NCBI GenBank assembly: GCA_016184305.1
Contig: JACPCX010000085.1
Location: 1-11,438, forward strand
Length of the DNA stretch: 11,438 bases
Direction of reading: 5' to 3'
Origin: Candidatus Rokuibacteriota bacterium
GTDB taxonomy: Bacteria; Methylomirabilota; Methylomirabilia; Rokubacteriales; CSP1-6
A model generated the notes under the pieces. It worked only from the letters and a program-made list of their open reading frames with translations. It ran no database searches and was not told the DNA's origin. This document shows positions 1 through 7,470 of the stretch, in pieces (the stretch's first letter is position 1; each line of letters opens with the position of its first letter). Both the position numbers and the translations under genes were made by a program.

Positions 1-2344
1 TCCGGTCCGTGTCCACCACCTGCCAGTCATAGTCGTTGACCGTGTCCTGCCCGCTCCCCCGGCCGAAGAGATACGTGTCGTTCCCGAACCCCCCGTCCAG
101 CGTGTCGTCGCCCGGGCCCCCGTCCAGCGTGTCGTCGCCCGCGCCGCTCCAGAGCCGATCGTCGCCGGCGCCCCCGCGCAGCACATCCTCACCACCGTCG
201 CCGTAGAGGAGGTCGTTCCCCGCTCCGCCGTCGAGCCGATCGTTCCCGCTGCCACCGCTCACCTCGTCGTCATCGGCCCCACCGGCGATGAGGTCATCAC
301 CGTCCCCGCCCGTAAGCACATCCGCTCCTGCGTCACCATAAAGCACGTCGTTGCCCGAATCGCCCGAGAGGCTGTCCGCCCCGTCGCCCCCGCGGAGGGC
401 GTCGGCGTCGATGCTCCCGGCGAGGGTGTCCCCCGCCGCGCCGCCTTCCGTGACGAGGCGGCCGGCGGAGTCCATGGCCCAGCCGAGCTCGGCGTCCCGC
501 GTGACGAAGCGGTCGCGGAACTCCCAGTAGCCCGTCATCTCCTCGGCCCCGAGCCCGCGCAGCGTGCGCGCGAAGTCGGCGAGCGCCGCGCCGGCGGCCG
601 CGGGGTCGGACACGAACCGCTCGTCGAGCGCGGCCGCGACGCCGCTCAGGTCGGCGCGGTTGGTCTGGGCCGCGTCGTCCCAGGCGTAGGTGATGCGCGA
701 GTAGAGGTCCCGCGCGTGCGTTTGCATCATCAGCTCGGCGGACACCATTTCCCTCAGGTCCCGGTACGCCTCGACGAGCATGACAGCCGCGCCTGGCGTC
801 GGATTGGGGCCGCCGACCCCGACATAGGGCTGCCCCGTGAACTGCTCGAGCGCCGCGATCCGGCGCGCATCCATGAGCCCGCCGCGGCTCGACGGGTCGA
901 TCCCGGCGCTGCCCGCCCAGGTGAAGAGGATCTGCTCGAGCGTGGCATCCCGCGCGGCCGGGTCCGTCTGGGCGACGAACTGAGTCACGAAGCCCTCGAG
1001 CGCGCCGCTCGCATCACGCGCCATGGCCTGGCGCAGGTCGCGCACCGTGCCGTAGCCGCTGGCATCGGGCAATGCCGCGATGTGGTTTGGCACCGCCACC
1101 CACTCGGTGGCCAGCGTCCGGGCGCGGTCAGCCTGGAACCAGACATCCGCCGCCGCCCCCTGGCTGCCGTCGGCTCGGGTGAAGGTGCCGATCTGGCGGT
1201 GGGCATTGCCCTGGGCGTCCACCAGCGTGGAGTCCGTGGGGCTCGTGGCGATGGACCGGACGCCTGCCTCCGCGAACGTCTGGAGCTCCGCCGGCGCGCT
1301 CACCCCGTCGCCGTCCGCGTCACGCCAGATGCGCAGCGCCGCGAACGCGGCATCGCGCGCATCGAGCACGCCATCGCCGTCGGCGTCGAGCACGGCCAGC
1401 GCCGCGAAGCCGTCGGGCGCCTCGCTCCCGTCGGCGAGCCGCGTGTGGTTGCCGAACAGCTCGCGGCCCGAGTCGATGCTGCCGCTGCCGTCGCGATCCC
1501 ACACGACGAGCCCGTCGTCCTTCCCGACCCAGCCCGTGCGCTCGGCGAAGCCGTCACCGTCGTGATCGAAGTATGGCCCCGCCGCCACGGCCGTCGTCTC
1601 CACGCCGTCGCCATCGAGATCGAGAATCACCGGGCTGGGCACGGGCAGGGTCGCCGCCGTCTTGACCTTGGCGCTGACCGCTCCGATCGAGTGGGCGGTC
1701 CAGAAATAAATGGCGGTGATCGCCAGGGCGGCACCCGCCGCCCCGTCCGGGTCGCCCGGCGCCGGAACGGGCGCCAGGGAGAACGGGAAATTGGAGGACG
1801 GGAGAGTCACGCGGGTTCCGACGGCGGGGCCGCTGTTCCCGATGATGTCCGAGGAGTCCACGACATCGGTGATGGGATACGACCCTTCGGGATCGAGCCC
1901 CAGCGCGGGCAGCACCCGCTTCACGGGGACCGCGTTGAACGTCACCGCGGGCTTCCCGTTCAGCGCAGATAGCAGCTGCGCGAGCGAGCCGCCCAGCGAG
2001 TGGCCGCCGAAGGAGATGCTCTCCGGTGGAATGCCCATCTTGAGCGCGTGGTCGAGCAGACTTTGGGCATCTTCCAGCTGGTCCCATGGCACTCGGCCGT
2101 CCAACAAGGCCTGGCCGGCCCGGCGGTCACCGCCATCGATGAGCGACGCCCCCCTCGAGATCAGCGCGACCTCGCCAGTCACCTGGTTCTGGAACACCGC
2201 GCCGTAGTAGCCGCTCTTGGCGGAGAGCTCCAGGGCGGAGCCATCGGCCTTGAACAGTGGAGTCCATCCAGAGGGAAGCTGCAGTCTGGAAGCTCCACCG
2301 TAGACGTAGGCGCTGAGCACTGCGTAGTCCTCGACCGTTGCCAT
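1..2344 (-). CDS. RTX calcium-binding secreted protein: N-terminal lipase (alpha/beta hydrolase), FrpC-like self-processing module, RTX repeats; 3' end outside the window (>=781 aa)
   Basis: Absent from the ORF track (no stop in window); translated by hand. ATG at 2344 with GGAGGTG SD at 2349-2355, open to base 1. MATVEDYAVLSAYVY...SGYYGAVFQN...GGHSLGGSLAQ...AVTFNA (lipase); SPVILDLDGDGVET...FDHDGDGFAERTGWVGKDDGLVVWDRDGSGSIDSGRELFGN...DVWF (FrpC SPM-like); GGxGxDxL repeats; GNDTYLFGRGSGQDTVND. Confidence 0.93.
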   Translation of the reverse strand, partial: MATVEDYAVLSAYVYGGASRLQLPSGWTPLFKADGSALELSAKSGYYGAVFQNQVTGEVALISRGASLIDGGDRRAGQALLDGRVPWDQLEDAQSLLDHALKMGIPPESISFGGHSLGGSLAQLLSALNGKPAVTFNAVPVKRVLPALGLDPEGSYPITDVVDSSDIIGNSGPAVGTRVTLPSSNFPFSLAPVPAPGDPDGAAGAALAITAIYFWTAHSIGAVSAKVKTAATLPVPSPVILDLDGDGVETTAVAAGPYFDHDGDGFAERTGWVGKDDGLVVWDRDGSGSIDSGRELFGNHTRLADGSEAPDGFAALAVLDADGDGVLDARDAAFAALRIWRDADGDGVSAPAELQTFAEAGVRSIATSPTDSTLVDAQGNAHRQIGTFTRADGSQGAAADVWFQADRARTLATEWVAVPNHIAALPDASGYGTVRDLRQAMARDASGALEGFVTQFVAQTDPAARDATLEQILFTWAGSAGIDPSSRGGLMDARRIAALEQFTGQPYVGVGGPNPTPGAAVMLVEAYRDLREMVSAELMMQTHARDLYSRITYAWDDAAQTNRADLSGVAAALDERFVSDPAAAGAALADFARTLRGLGAEEMTGYWEFRDRFVTRDAELGWAMDSAGRLVTEGGAAGDTLAGSIDADALRGGDGADSLSGDSGNDVLYGDAGADVLTGGDGDDLIAGGADDDEVSGGSGNDRLDGGAGNDLLYGDGGEDVLRGGAGDDRLWSGAGDDTLDGGPGDDTLDGGFGNDTYLFGRGSGQDTVNDYDWQVVDTDR
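40..430 (-). repeat. RTX (hemolysin-type Ca2+-binding) nonapeptide repeat block
   Basis: Tandem GGDGADSLS, GDSGNDVLY, GGDGDDLIA, GGSGNDRLD, GGAGNDLLY, GGAGDDRLW, GGPGDDTLD, GGFGNDTYL; identical 25-nt copies at 90-114 and 117-141 (27-nt period). Confidence 0.95.
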
Positions 2345-2377
2345 GGCTCACCTCCGGGGTGTCTGGGTTGAGGGACG

Positions 2378-3481
2378 TCAGGGGGTGCTGCGCAGCGACG
2401 ACAGGTCCCACAGTCGAACGAAATCGCCACCTGCCGAGGCGAGGTAGCGCCCATCGGGGCGGAATGCAACAACACTCACGAAGTCGGCCTCGTCCCCGAG
2501 CCTCTGGACGATCTGCCCCGTGCCGACGGCCCAGATAAGAGCCGCCCGGCTTGGCCCAGCCGAGGCGAGCCAGCGCCCGTCCGGACTGAACGCAAATCGT
2601 CTCACGTCGCCAGTCGGCGCACCGAGCACCCGGCGAGGCTGCCCGGACACCGCATCCCAGATGGTGATTCTCGGGGTGCCGCGATCCGAGGAGGCCAGCA
2701 CCTTTCCGTCAGGGCTGTAGGCGAGGACCTGCTGGAGATGATCGTCGGCCGTCATCCCCCGTACCAGCGCACCCGTCCGGGACTCGTAGACCTGGATGCG
2801 ATCCTGCCCTCGCGCCCCCGCGGTGACGATATACCGGCCGTCGGGTGAGTAGACCACGGGCTTCCCTGCCGGTATCGGCGACTGGATCGTGATCACGCCC
2901 GCGCCGGTCATCGCGTCGTGCACGACGATCGCGCCGTTCCTGTAGCTCGCGGCCACGTGCCCGCTATCGGGGCTCCAGGCGAGGGCTGCCACATCGTTGT
3001 CTGCCGATACCGGAGGAAAGGGAGCAGGAATGTTCCGGACCAGCGCGCCGGTGCGCGCGTCCCAGAGATTGATGGACACGCGCTCCTTGGGCATGATCCT
3101 GACGAAGTTCCGTCCCGCCGCGAGGTACTTGCCGTCAGGGCTCCAGGCGACCGCGGTGACGCCTCCGGCCTCGGCGTTGAGGTTCATCGCGCGCGCGCCG
3201 CTCCGCACGTCCCACACGATGACCGCCCGGTGGAGGCCGCCGCCGCCCGCGATGCGCGTGCCGTCCGGGCTCCAGGCGATCGTCCCGATCTCGCCGTCGT
3301 GGCTCAGCACCTTCACCAGGTGCGGCGCGGCAGGCTGGGCCTCGGCCGCCGGGCGCCACGCGAAGGAGGGCAGCGCGCCGGCGTCGAGCATGCCGCCCGC
3401 CCACAGCAGCACCGCCACCATCACCATGGCCAGCGCCGCCTCGGCGCCGTGCCTCCACCCGACCTGCGCTCTCGCAATCAT
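2378..3481 (-). CDS. Membrane-anchored or exported WD40 beta-propeller protein (7 repeats, ~367 aa)
   Basis: Seven (A/V)(W/Y/F)(S/R)PDG-type blades, several ending in WD. N-terminal hydrophobic stretch ALAMVMVAVLLWAGGML. ATG 3481 lies 7 nt after GAGGAG (alternative ATG 3487). The upstream part of the 733-aa track ORF overlaps the YdcF gene and is discarded. Confidence 0.9.
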   Translation of the reverse strand: MIARAQVGWRHGAEAALAMVMVAVLLWAGGMLDAGALPSFAWRPAAEAQPAAPHLVKVLSHDGEIGTIAWSPDGTRIAGGGGLHRAVIVWDVRSGARAMNLNAEAGGVTAVAWSPDGKYLAAGRNFVRIMPKERVSINLWDARTGALVRNIPAPFPPVSADNDVAALAWSPDSGHVAASYRNGAIVVHDAMTGAGVITIQSPIPAGKPVVYSPDGRYIVTAGARGQDRIQVYESRTGALVRGMTADDHLQQVLAYSPDGKVLASSDRGTPRITIWDAVSGQPRRVLGAPTGDVRRFAFSPDGRWLASAGPSRAALIWAVGTGQIVQRLGDEADFVSVVAFRPDGRYLASAGGDFVRLWDLSSLRSTP

Positions 3482-3525
3482 CGCCATGCTCCTCGCGTGA
3501 GGGGTCGTCTCGTCGCTCACGCGGC

Positions 3526-3555
3526 ATGCTACGAACGCGCGCGCCGCACCGTCAA
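3526..3555 (-). promoter_or_regulatory. Putative sigma70 promoter of the WD40-RTX operon
   Basis: Minus strand TTGACG (3555-3550), 18-nt spacer, TAGCAT (3531-3526), about 45 nt upstream of the start codon, next to an AT-richer patch. Confidence 0.5.
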
Positions 3556-3886
3556 TGTCCAATGAACAATACAGGAGGAGAAGTGGCGAGAAGTCAGCGA
3601 GAGCGACCTTGCGGCTCGCGGCAGAACGTCGCGCGAGGCGCAACCAGGATCCCCCCTGGCGGGAAGGGGTGGGCCGGGGGGACGGTGACCACCCTATCCC
3701 CGGCACCTCATCGGCGTGACCTCGCCCGGCTGGCTCCGGTCGGAGCCCTGCGCAGCCGGAGGCGACGCAGGCACGGGAGCAGATGACCGGGATCGGGGGC
3801 GTTCGCCGTGCTAGCCTCTGCCCATCGGGCTGCCAAAGGTGAACTTTCTCCGGATCACTGACGCACCTGTGCCTGACCGCCGACCG

Positions 3887-4477
3887 ATGCGCGGCCTCCG
3901 ACCCCTCGGCCTCGTCGCCCTGCTCCTGTTCGCCGCCGCGGCCTTCACGCCCCTCGCCAACCACCTCAATGCCTGGATGGCCGGCGTGGCCAGGCTGGAA
4001 CCCGCGGACGCCATCGTCGTCCTGGGCCGCGGTGGCGCCGACACCGATGGCGTCCTGGCCAACCGATCGCTCCGGCGGGTGCTCCACGGAATCGGCCTGT
4101 ACCGACACGCCCTCGCTCCGTGGCTGGTGCTCTCCGGCTCGGCCGAGGAAATCCAGGCGCGGACGACCCTGGCGCAGGGGCTCGGGGTCCCCGCCACAGC
4201 AATCCTGGGCGCAGGTCCGGCGCACACCACCAGGGAAGAGGCGGACCAGCTCCGCAGGCTCCTGCTCCCGCGCGGCAGTCGGCGCATCCTCCTCGTTGCC
4301 GATCCCATCGACATCCCGCGGGCGCGGGCCGCGATGGAACGGGTGGGCTTCGACGTGCTGCCGGCCCCCACAGCAGCGACCGGCCCCTCGCAGCCCGAAG
4401 CGCGGCTCGGCCTCCTGCGCGACATCGTCATCGAGCTGGCTGGCTTGAGCTACTACCGCCTCACGGGCACCCCCTGA
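3887..4477 (+). CDS. YdcF/ElyC/SanA (DUF218) family envelope protein, ~196 aa
   Basis: N-terminal hydrophobic segment, ADAIVVLG, RRVLHGIGLY, LVLSG, HTTREEA, ILLVA...PRA, C-terminal ELAGLSYYRL, following the DUF218 layout. Start uncertain (GTG 3839/3869 or ATG 3887). Confidence 0.85.
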   Translation: MRGLRPLGLVALLLFAAAAFTPLANHLNAWMAGVARLEPADAIVVLGRGGADTDGVLANRSLRRVLHGIGLYRHALAPWLVLSGSAEEIQARTTLAQGLGVPATAILGAGPAHTTREEADQLRRLLLPRGSRRILLVADPIDIPRARAAMERVGFDVLPAPTAATGPSQPEARLGLLRDIVIELAGLSYYRLTGTP

Positions 4478-4486
4478 AGCCAAGCC

Positions 4487-4792
4487 GTGCGCTCCCTCAC
4501 CCTCGTCATCATCGTCTGTCTGACCTCGCTGGCGGCCTACCTCGCGGGGACGCGGTTCGCCGGCCTGCGCCGAACCCATGTGCGGGAGGCGGCCATCGAG
4601 GCCCTGGACTACCTCGGGCTCGCCGTGGCCTTCCTGCTGGGCAATCTCGCCGTGGGGATCGCTCTGATTCTGGGCCTACGCACCCTCACCGGCCGGTTCG
4701 TCTCGGTCTATCTCGTCAACGACGCCGCCCTCGCAATCCTCTCTCTTCTTCAGGCGTTCATCTTTCATCGCTGGCGAGGGCGATCGAGCTGA
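4487..4792 (+). CDS. Small hypothetical membrane protein (about 3 TM helices, 101 aa)
   Basis: Starts 9 nt after the YdcF stop on the same strand; three hydrophobic stretches; coding-like codon usage. Confidence 0.75.
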   Translation: MRSLTLVIIVCLTSLAAYLAGTRFAGLRRTHVREAAIEALDYLGLAVAFLLGNLAVGIALILGLRTLTGRFVSVYLVNDAALAILSLLQAFIFHRWRGRSS

Positions 4793-4893
4793 CGCGTTGC
4801 CGCCCGGCTGCCGTCGCGGCCGGATGGCCCGTCAAGCGGGTCGCTGGCAGGACAGGGGACCGGCTGCGCCGCCGCATGAGCGCGCGCGCCGGC

Positions 4894-6492
4894 TCAGACG
4901 ATCTTCTCGTAGACTCCGGGCGGGATCAGCCGGTAGACGTGGATGGGCTCGGAGACGTTCTTGAAGCGCTTCTCGCCGAGGCTCTCGAGGACGAAGTGGG
5001 CGCGGATGCGCTCGGCGGTGGTGGGCCCCACGATGATCTCGCCGCCGGTGGCAGAGCCCGCGAACCGCGCGGCCACGTTGGTGACGGGACCCGAGGCGGT
5101 GAAGGTCCACCGCTGAGCCCCCGCGCCGCTGAGCTTCGTCGCGCCCACGAGCGCCTCGCCGGTGTTGATCCCCATGTGCAGCTCGATGGGCTGGAGCCTG
5201 CCGCGCTGCTCCTCGTTGAGCGCGCCCGTGCGCTGGCGGATGGCGAAAGCGGCGCGCGTGGCATTGAGCGCGTGGTCCCACACCGGTCCCCCGCGCTCGC
5301 CCTGGGGCGCGCGCTGGAAGATCACCATGAGCCCGTCGCCCGCCGTCTCGTTCACGTCGCCGTGGTGGGCGCGGATGATCTCGAGGAAGGAGGAGAAGTA
5401 GGTCTGCACCAGCTCATTGAGCTGGCGGAGGTCGATCTGCTCGGAGAGCTTCGTGTACCCGGCGATGTCGAGGAAGAGCACCGAGACCTCTTCCGTCCGT
5501 TTCTCGAGCTCCGTGGCGTTGGGATCGCGCTCGAGCAGCGCCTTGACCGCGTCGGGCACGAACTTGGACAGCTCCCCCTTGAGCTGCTCCAGGAGCTCCA
5601 CCTGGCGGCGGGAGGCCTGGAGGCTCTCGAGCGTCGCGGCCAGTTCCGTGTTACGCGCGGCCACCTCGTCGCGCGCCCGGGCGAGGTGCCCGGTCATCTC
5701 GTTGAGCGCGCCCCCGAGCACGCCGATCTCGTCACCTGAGCGGATCGGGACGCGCGCCTCGAAGTCGCCCGAGCCGATGCGGCGCGCGACGGCGGCGACC
5801 GCCTGGATGGGCTTGACCACCACCTGCCGCATGACCACCGCCAGGACGCCCCCGGCGGCGACGATCGTCAGCAGCGCGATCAGGATCTGCCGGTTGCGCT
5901 GGGCGCGCACCGCGGCGAACACCGGCTCCATGGTGGTGACCACGCGCACCACGGCCCGCACCTTGTGGTCGCTGCCATGGCACCCCTGGCACTTCTCCTG
6001 ATTGATCACGGGGCGGTGCAGGGTGAACAGCGGCACGCCGTCCTGGTACTCCATGCTCTCCTGGGTCTCGAGCGTCCGGAGCGCCTGCTGGAAGTGCGGC
6101 CCCGTCAGGGTCTTCCCGGGCTCGCGCCGCATCCGCTTGATGTTCTCGAGCACCTCCTTCGGCAGCCCCGCGTTGTGCTCGACCTCCTCGAGCGTGACGA
6201 GGTCGGTGAAGGCCTCGACGCCGTTCCGGCGGTAGATGTCGAACCCCTCCACCGGCGAGGAGCCACGCAGCTCGGTGATCATGGCGCGGGTGACGTCGGG
6301 GCGCTCCTGGAGCATGGCGGCCTCGACGCTCGCGATGAGGGCGGAGGTCAGCCGGCGCGCGGCCGCCTTGCTCTGCTCGACGAGGAGTTCGGACTCCTGC
6401 TGGATGGTGAGGACGGTGGAGGCGCCGAAGCCGACGATCAGGACGACGATGATGACGGCCGCGATCTTCGCGGTGAGGCGCAAGCGGATCAT
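4894..6492 (-). CDS. Membrane-bound class III adenylate/guanylate cyclase with periplasmic CxxCH heme-c sensor domain and HAMP linker (532 aa)
   Basis: TM1, periplasmic domain with C168-Q-G-C171-H172, TM2, HAMP (KPIQAVAAVARRIGSGDF...DEIGVLGGALNEM), coiled coil, then cyclase motifs VLFLD342IAGYT, E382TAGD386G, GINTGE, N472VAAR476. Confidence 0.93.
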   Translation of the reverse strand: MIRLRLTAKIAAVIIVVLIVGFGASTVLTIQQESELLVEQSKAAARRLTSALIASVEAAMLQERPDVTRAMITELRGSSPVEGFDIYRRNGVEAFTDLVTLEEVEHNAGLPKEVLENIKRMRREPGKTLTGPHFQQALRTLETQESMEYQDGVPLFTLHRPVINQEKCQGCHGSDHKVRAVVRVVTTMEPVFAAVRAQRNRQILIALLTIVAAGGVLAVVMRQVVVKPIQAVAAVARRIGSGDFEARVPIRSGDEIGVLGGALNEMTGHLARARDEVAARNTELAATLESLQASRRQVELLEQLKGELSKFVPDAVKALLERDPNATELEKRTEEVSVLFLDIAGYTKLSEQIDLRQLNELVQTYFSSFLEIIRAHHGDVNETAGDGLMVIFQRAPQGERGGPVWDHALNATRAAFAIRQRTGALNEEQRGRLQPIELHMGINTGEALVGATKLSGAGAQRWTFTASGPVTNVAARFAGSATGGEIIVGPTTAERIRAHFVLESLGEKRFKNVSEPIHVYRLIPPGVYEKIV

Positions 6493-6498
6493 CCGCGG

Positions 6499-6855
6499 CT
6501 ACCCGAGCACCTTTGCGTAGGTCGCCTCGTCGAAACCCACGATGAAGGTGCGCCCCTTCCGGAGCGCCGGCGCGCGGAGGTTGCCCGAGGGGCCGATGAG
6601 CAGAGCCGTGAGCGCGGCGGCGGCGGGCTTGTCACGGCGCAGCTCCACGTGCACCACGTGCTTCCCCTTCGCCGCGTAGAGGTCGTCCACGTCCTTCAGG
6701 AGGGCCAGCGCCTCGGCGGGACCGAGGCGCACCTTCCGCGCGTCCACCTGGGTGGCGACCGCGATCCTGCGCTTCGCAAGGACCCCTTGCGTCCGGGCGC
6801 AGGTCTGTCAGCCGGGGCGGTGGTAGCTCCAGTCGATCCGTGCCACGGCGGTCAC
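6499..6855 (-). CDS. ArsC/Spx-like thioredoxin-fold selenoprotein (Sec16, UxxC), ~118 aa
   Basis: GTG 6855 (GTGA overlap with the upstream stop; alternative GTG 6846) reads MTAVARIDWSYHRPG-UGA(6810-6808)-QTCARTQGVL, in frame with the 82-aa track ORF (...LIGPSGNLRAPALRKGRTFIVGFDEATY). The UGA occupies the first Cys position of CxxC and is followed by a SECIS-like hairpin. Confidence 0.9.
6766..6803 (-). promoter_or_regulatory. Bacterial SECIS element
   Basis: mRNA after UGA: CAGA-CCUGCGC-CCGGA-CGCAAGG-GGU-CCUUGCG-AA-GCGCAGG. Two perfect 7-bp stems, an internal loop, and a GGU apical loop whose first G is nt 24 after the UGA. Confidence 0.88.
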
Positions 6856-7463
6856 CGCAGCAGGGCCTCGAAGCGGTCGGGGCGCGTGAGCGCCTCGGCG
6901 ATCCGCGAGCAGTCGCCCGACGGCACGGACGCGCCGCGGGCGATCAGCTCGAAGAGCGTGGCCGAGTCGAGCAGCGTCATCTGCCCGCCCGACGCCGACT
7001 GGACCTTCGTGATGCGCGCCAGGGTCTGGCTGGCCGAGTCCTTGTAGCACGTGGCCGTGAGCCGCGTGACGATCTTGTACACCTCGGTCTGCTGCCGGGC
7101 CTTGTCCTGGATGTCCTCGATCAGCATCTTGCCCCCCACCACGACCACGAGCAACGCCACCCCGACCCACACGTAGGGCTTCCGCCAGATCCGCGCCCGG
7201 GCGACCCGCTGCCACATTGGCGGCTCGAGCGGCACCTTCCGCGCGGGAGTCCGCACCGCCACCGTCTGCATCATGCGCGTGGAGTGCGGGACGCGCACCG
7301 CCTCCTTCACGTCCTTCTTGATGCGAACGCGCTCCTGCTCCCCGACGGTGGCCTCCCCGGGCGTCCGGGGAGTGCCCGCCGCGAAGGTCGGCGCCCCGCA
7401 CGAATGGCAGAACTTCGCCCCGGGGACCAGCTCCACATCGCAGTGAAAGCACGGGTACGGCAT
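6852..7463 (-). CDS. Zinc-ribbon single-pass membrane protein (203 aa)
   Basis: MPYPCFHCDVELVPGAKFCHSCGAP (CxxC-x10-CxxC), basic linker, TM YVWVGVALLVVVVGG, C-terminal extracytoplasmic domain with two Cys. ATG 7463 chosen; the track's 68-aa N-terminal extension overlaps the promoter and a pseudogene. Confidence 0.85.
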   Translation of the reverse strand: MPYPCFHCDVELVPGAKFCHSCGAPTFAAGTPRTPGEATVGEQERVRIKKDVKEAVRVPHSTRMMQTVAVRTPARKVPLEPPMWQRVARARIWRKPYVWVGVALLVVVVGGKMLIEDIQDKARQQTEVYKIVTRLTATCYKDSASQTLARITKVQSASGGQMTLLDSATLFELIARGASVPSGDCSRIAEALTRPDRFEALLR

Positions 7464-7470
7464 CGAGGCG

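Noticed and set aside
90..141. 25-nt direct repeat as a CRISPR-like array
   Set aside because: 27-nt period with no spacers; it encodes RTX nonapeptides.
1748..1753. Asp198-Pro199 as an alternative SPM cleavage site
   Set aside because: About 39 residues before the module and ahead of the putative catalytic His218; SPM cleavage occurs at the Pro that starts the module.
716..1972. 418-aa plus-strand ORF and other long Arg/Gly/Ala-rich ORFs (4120-5739, 5965-7047, 9843-11219, most of 7893-8900)
   Set aside because: Antisense or off-frame shadows of motif-bearing genes, expected at high GC; no recognisable motifs.
3726..3760. GC hairpin GGCTCCG-GT-CGGAGCC as a riboswitch or ncRNA
   Set aside because: No recognisable riboswitch consensus; short GC stems are common at this composition.
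3488..4579. N-terminal half of the 733-aa WD40 track ORF
   Set aside because: Overlaps the YdcF gene antisense and the promoter region; SD and signal/TM segment support a start at 3481.
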